A stretch of 64,000 nucleotides of DNA from Candidatus Omnitrophota bacterium (GTDB taxonomy: Bacteria; Omnitrophota; Gorgyraeia; Gygaellales; Profunditerraquicolaceae). The first letter of the stretch is position 1. Below are more notes on the stretch, generated by a model. That model searched no databases and was not told the DNA's origin. It worked only from the letters and a program-made list of their open reading frames with translations. Location: contig JAPLLX010000004.1 in assembly GCA_026387335.1 (NCBI GenBank), positions 77,955-141,954 of the forward strand, read 5' to 3'. The letters are not shown here.

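Overview
This 64-kb window comes from a moderately AT-rich bacterial genome. Every confident gene but one is on the minus strand. Coordinates 5-13284 hold a co-directional energy-conservation cluster. It reads, in transcription order, three NuoL/M/N-type antiporter-like subunits, NuoJ, NuoK, NuoA, a hydrogenase-type small subunit, NuoC, a large subunit, NuoH, and a 2x[4Fe-4S] subunit. The large subunit keeps both [NiFe]-binding cysteine motifs (RxCGxCxxxH and DPCxSCTDR), and there are no NuoE/F/G genes. I read this as a group-4 membrane-bound [NiFe]-hydrogenase or ancestral complex-I-like module. Downstream of it are a DedA protein, ExbB/ExbD and a K+-independent H+-pyrophosphatase. Coordinates 13.4-21.9 kb carry housekeeping genes: type III glutamine synthetase with a GAF-ANTAR regulator, an aminotransferase, an Lrp/AsnC regulator, NadE, GreA, a QueG-like Fe-S protein and MnmG. 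The only plus-strand gene is a REP-associated tyrosine transposase (RAYT, IS200-like HuH Y1). It is flanked by perfect 15-bp inverted repeats that each carry a GGGACG/CGTCCC hairpin, and it sits exactly between mnmG and apgM. Next come archaeal-type phosphoglycerate mutase and class II B12-dependent ribonucleotide reductase, the latter with a candidate tandem NrdR-box pair upstream. Coordinates 26.2-39.3 kb form a glycan-utilisation-like locus: LacI and ROK regulators, two GH clan-A (GH5/GH72-like) hydrolases, a secreted protein with a recent internal tandem duplication, and a CUT1-type sugar ABC transporter. Three PilZ domains in two genes follow. The dominant feature is one uninterrupted reading frame from 40536 to the window edge at 64000. 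It encodes more than 7,800 aa; the TTG called at 63899 is not a real start, because the frame is still open at 64000. I read this giant protein as a chain of at least 20 unrelated enzyme-like modules. I recognise a GT-B glycosyltransferase, TPR repeats, a PhaC-like Cys alpha/beta-hydrolase, four or more SAM methyltransferases (one CheR-like, one PIMT-like), a CheD-like module, a HAD phosphatase, a MurI-like racemase, two minimal nucleotidyltransferases, a SpoT-type HD hydrolase and a radical-SAM core. About 26 copies of a Ser-Ser-Ser-Pro-Val linker separate the modules, and most copies share a nucleotide-conserved GC-rich 13-mer (CCGGCGAGCTGGA on the plus strand). This is the most unusual and potentially novel system in the window.
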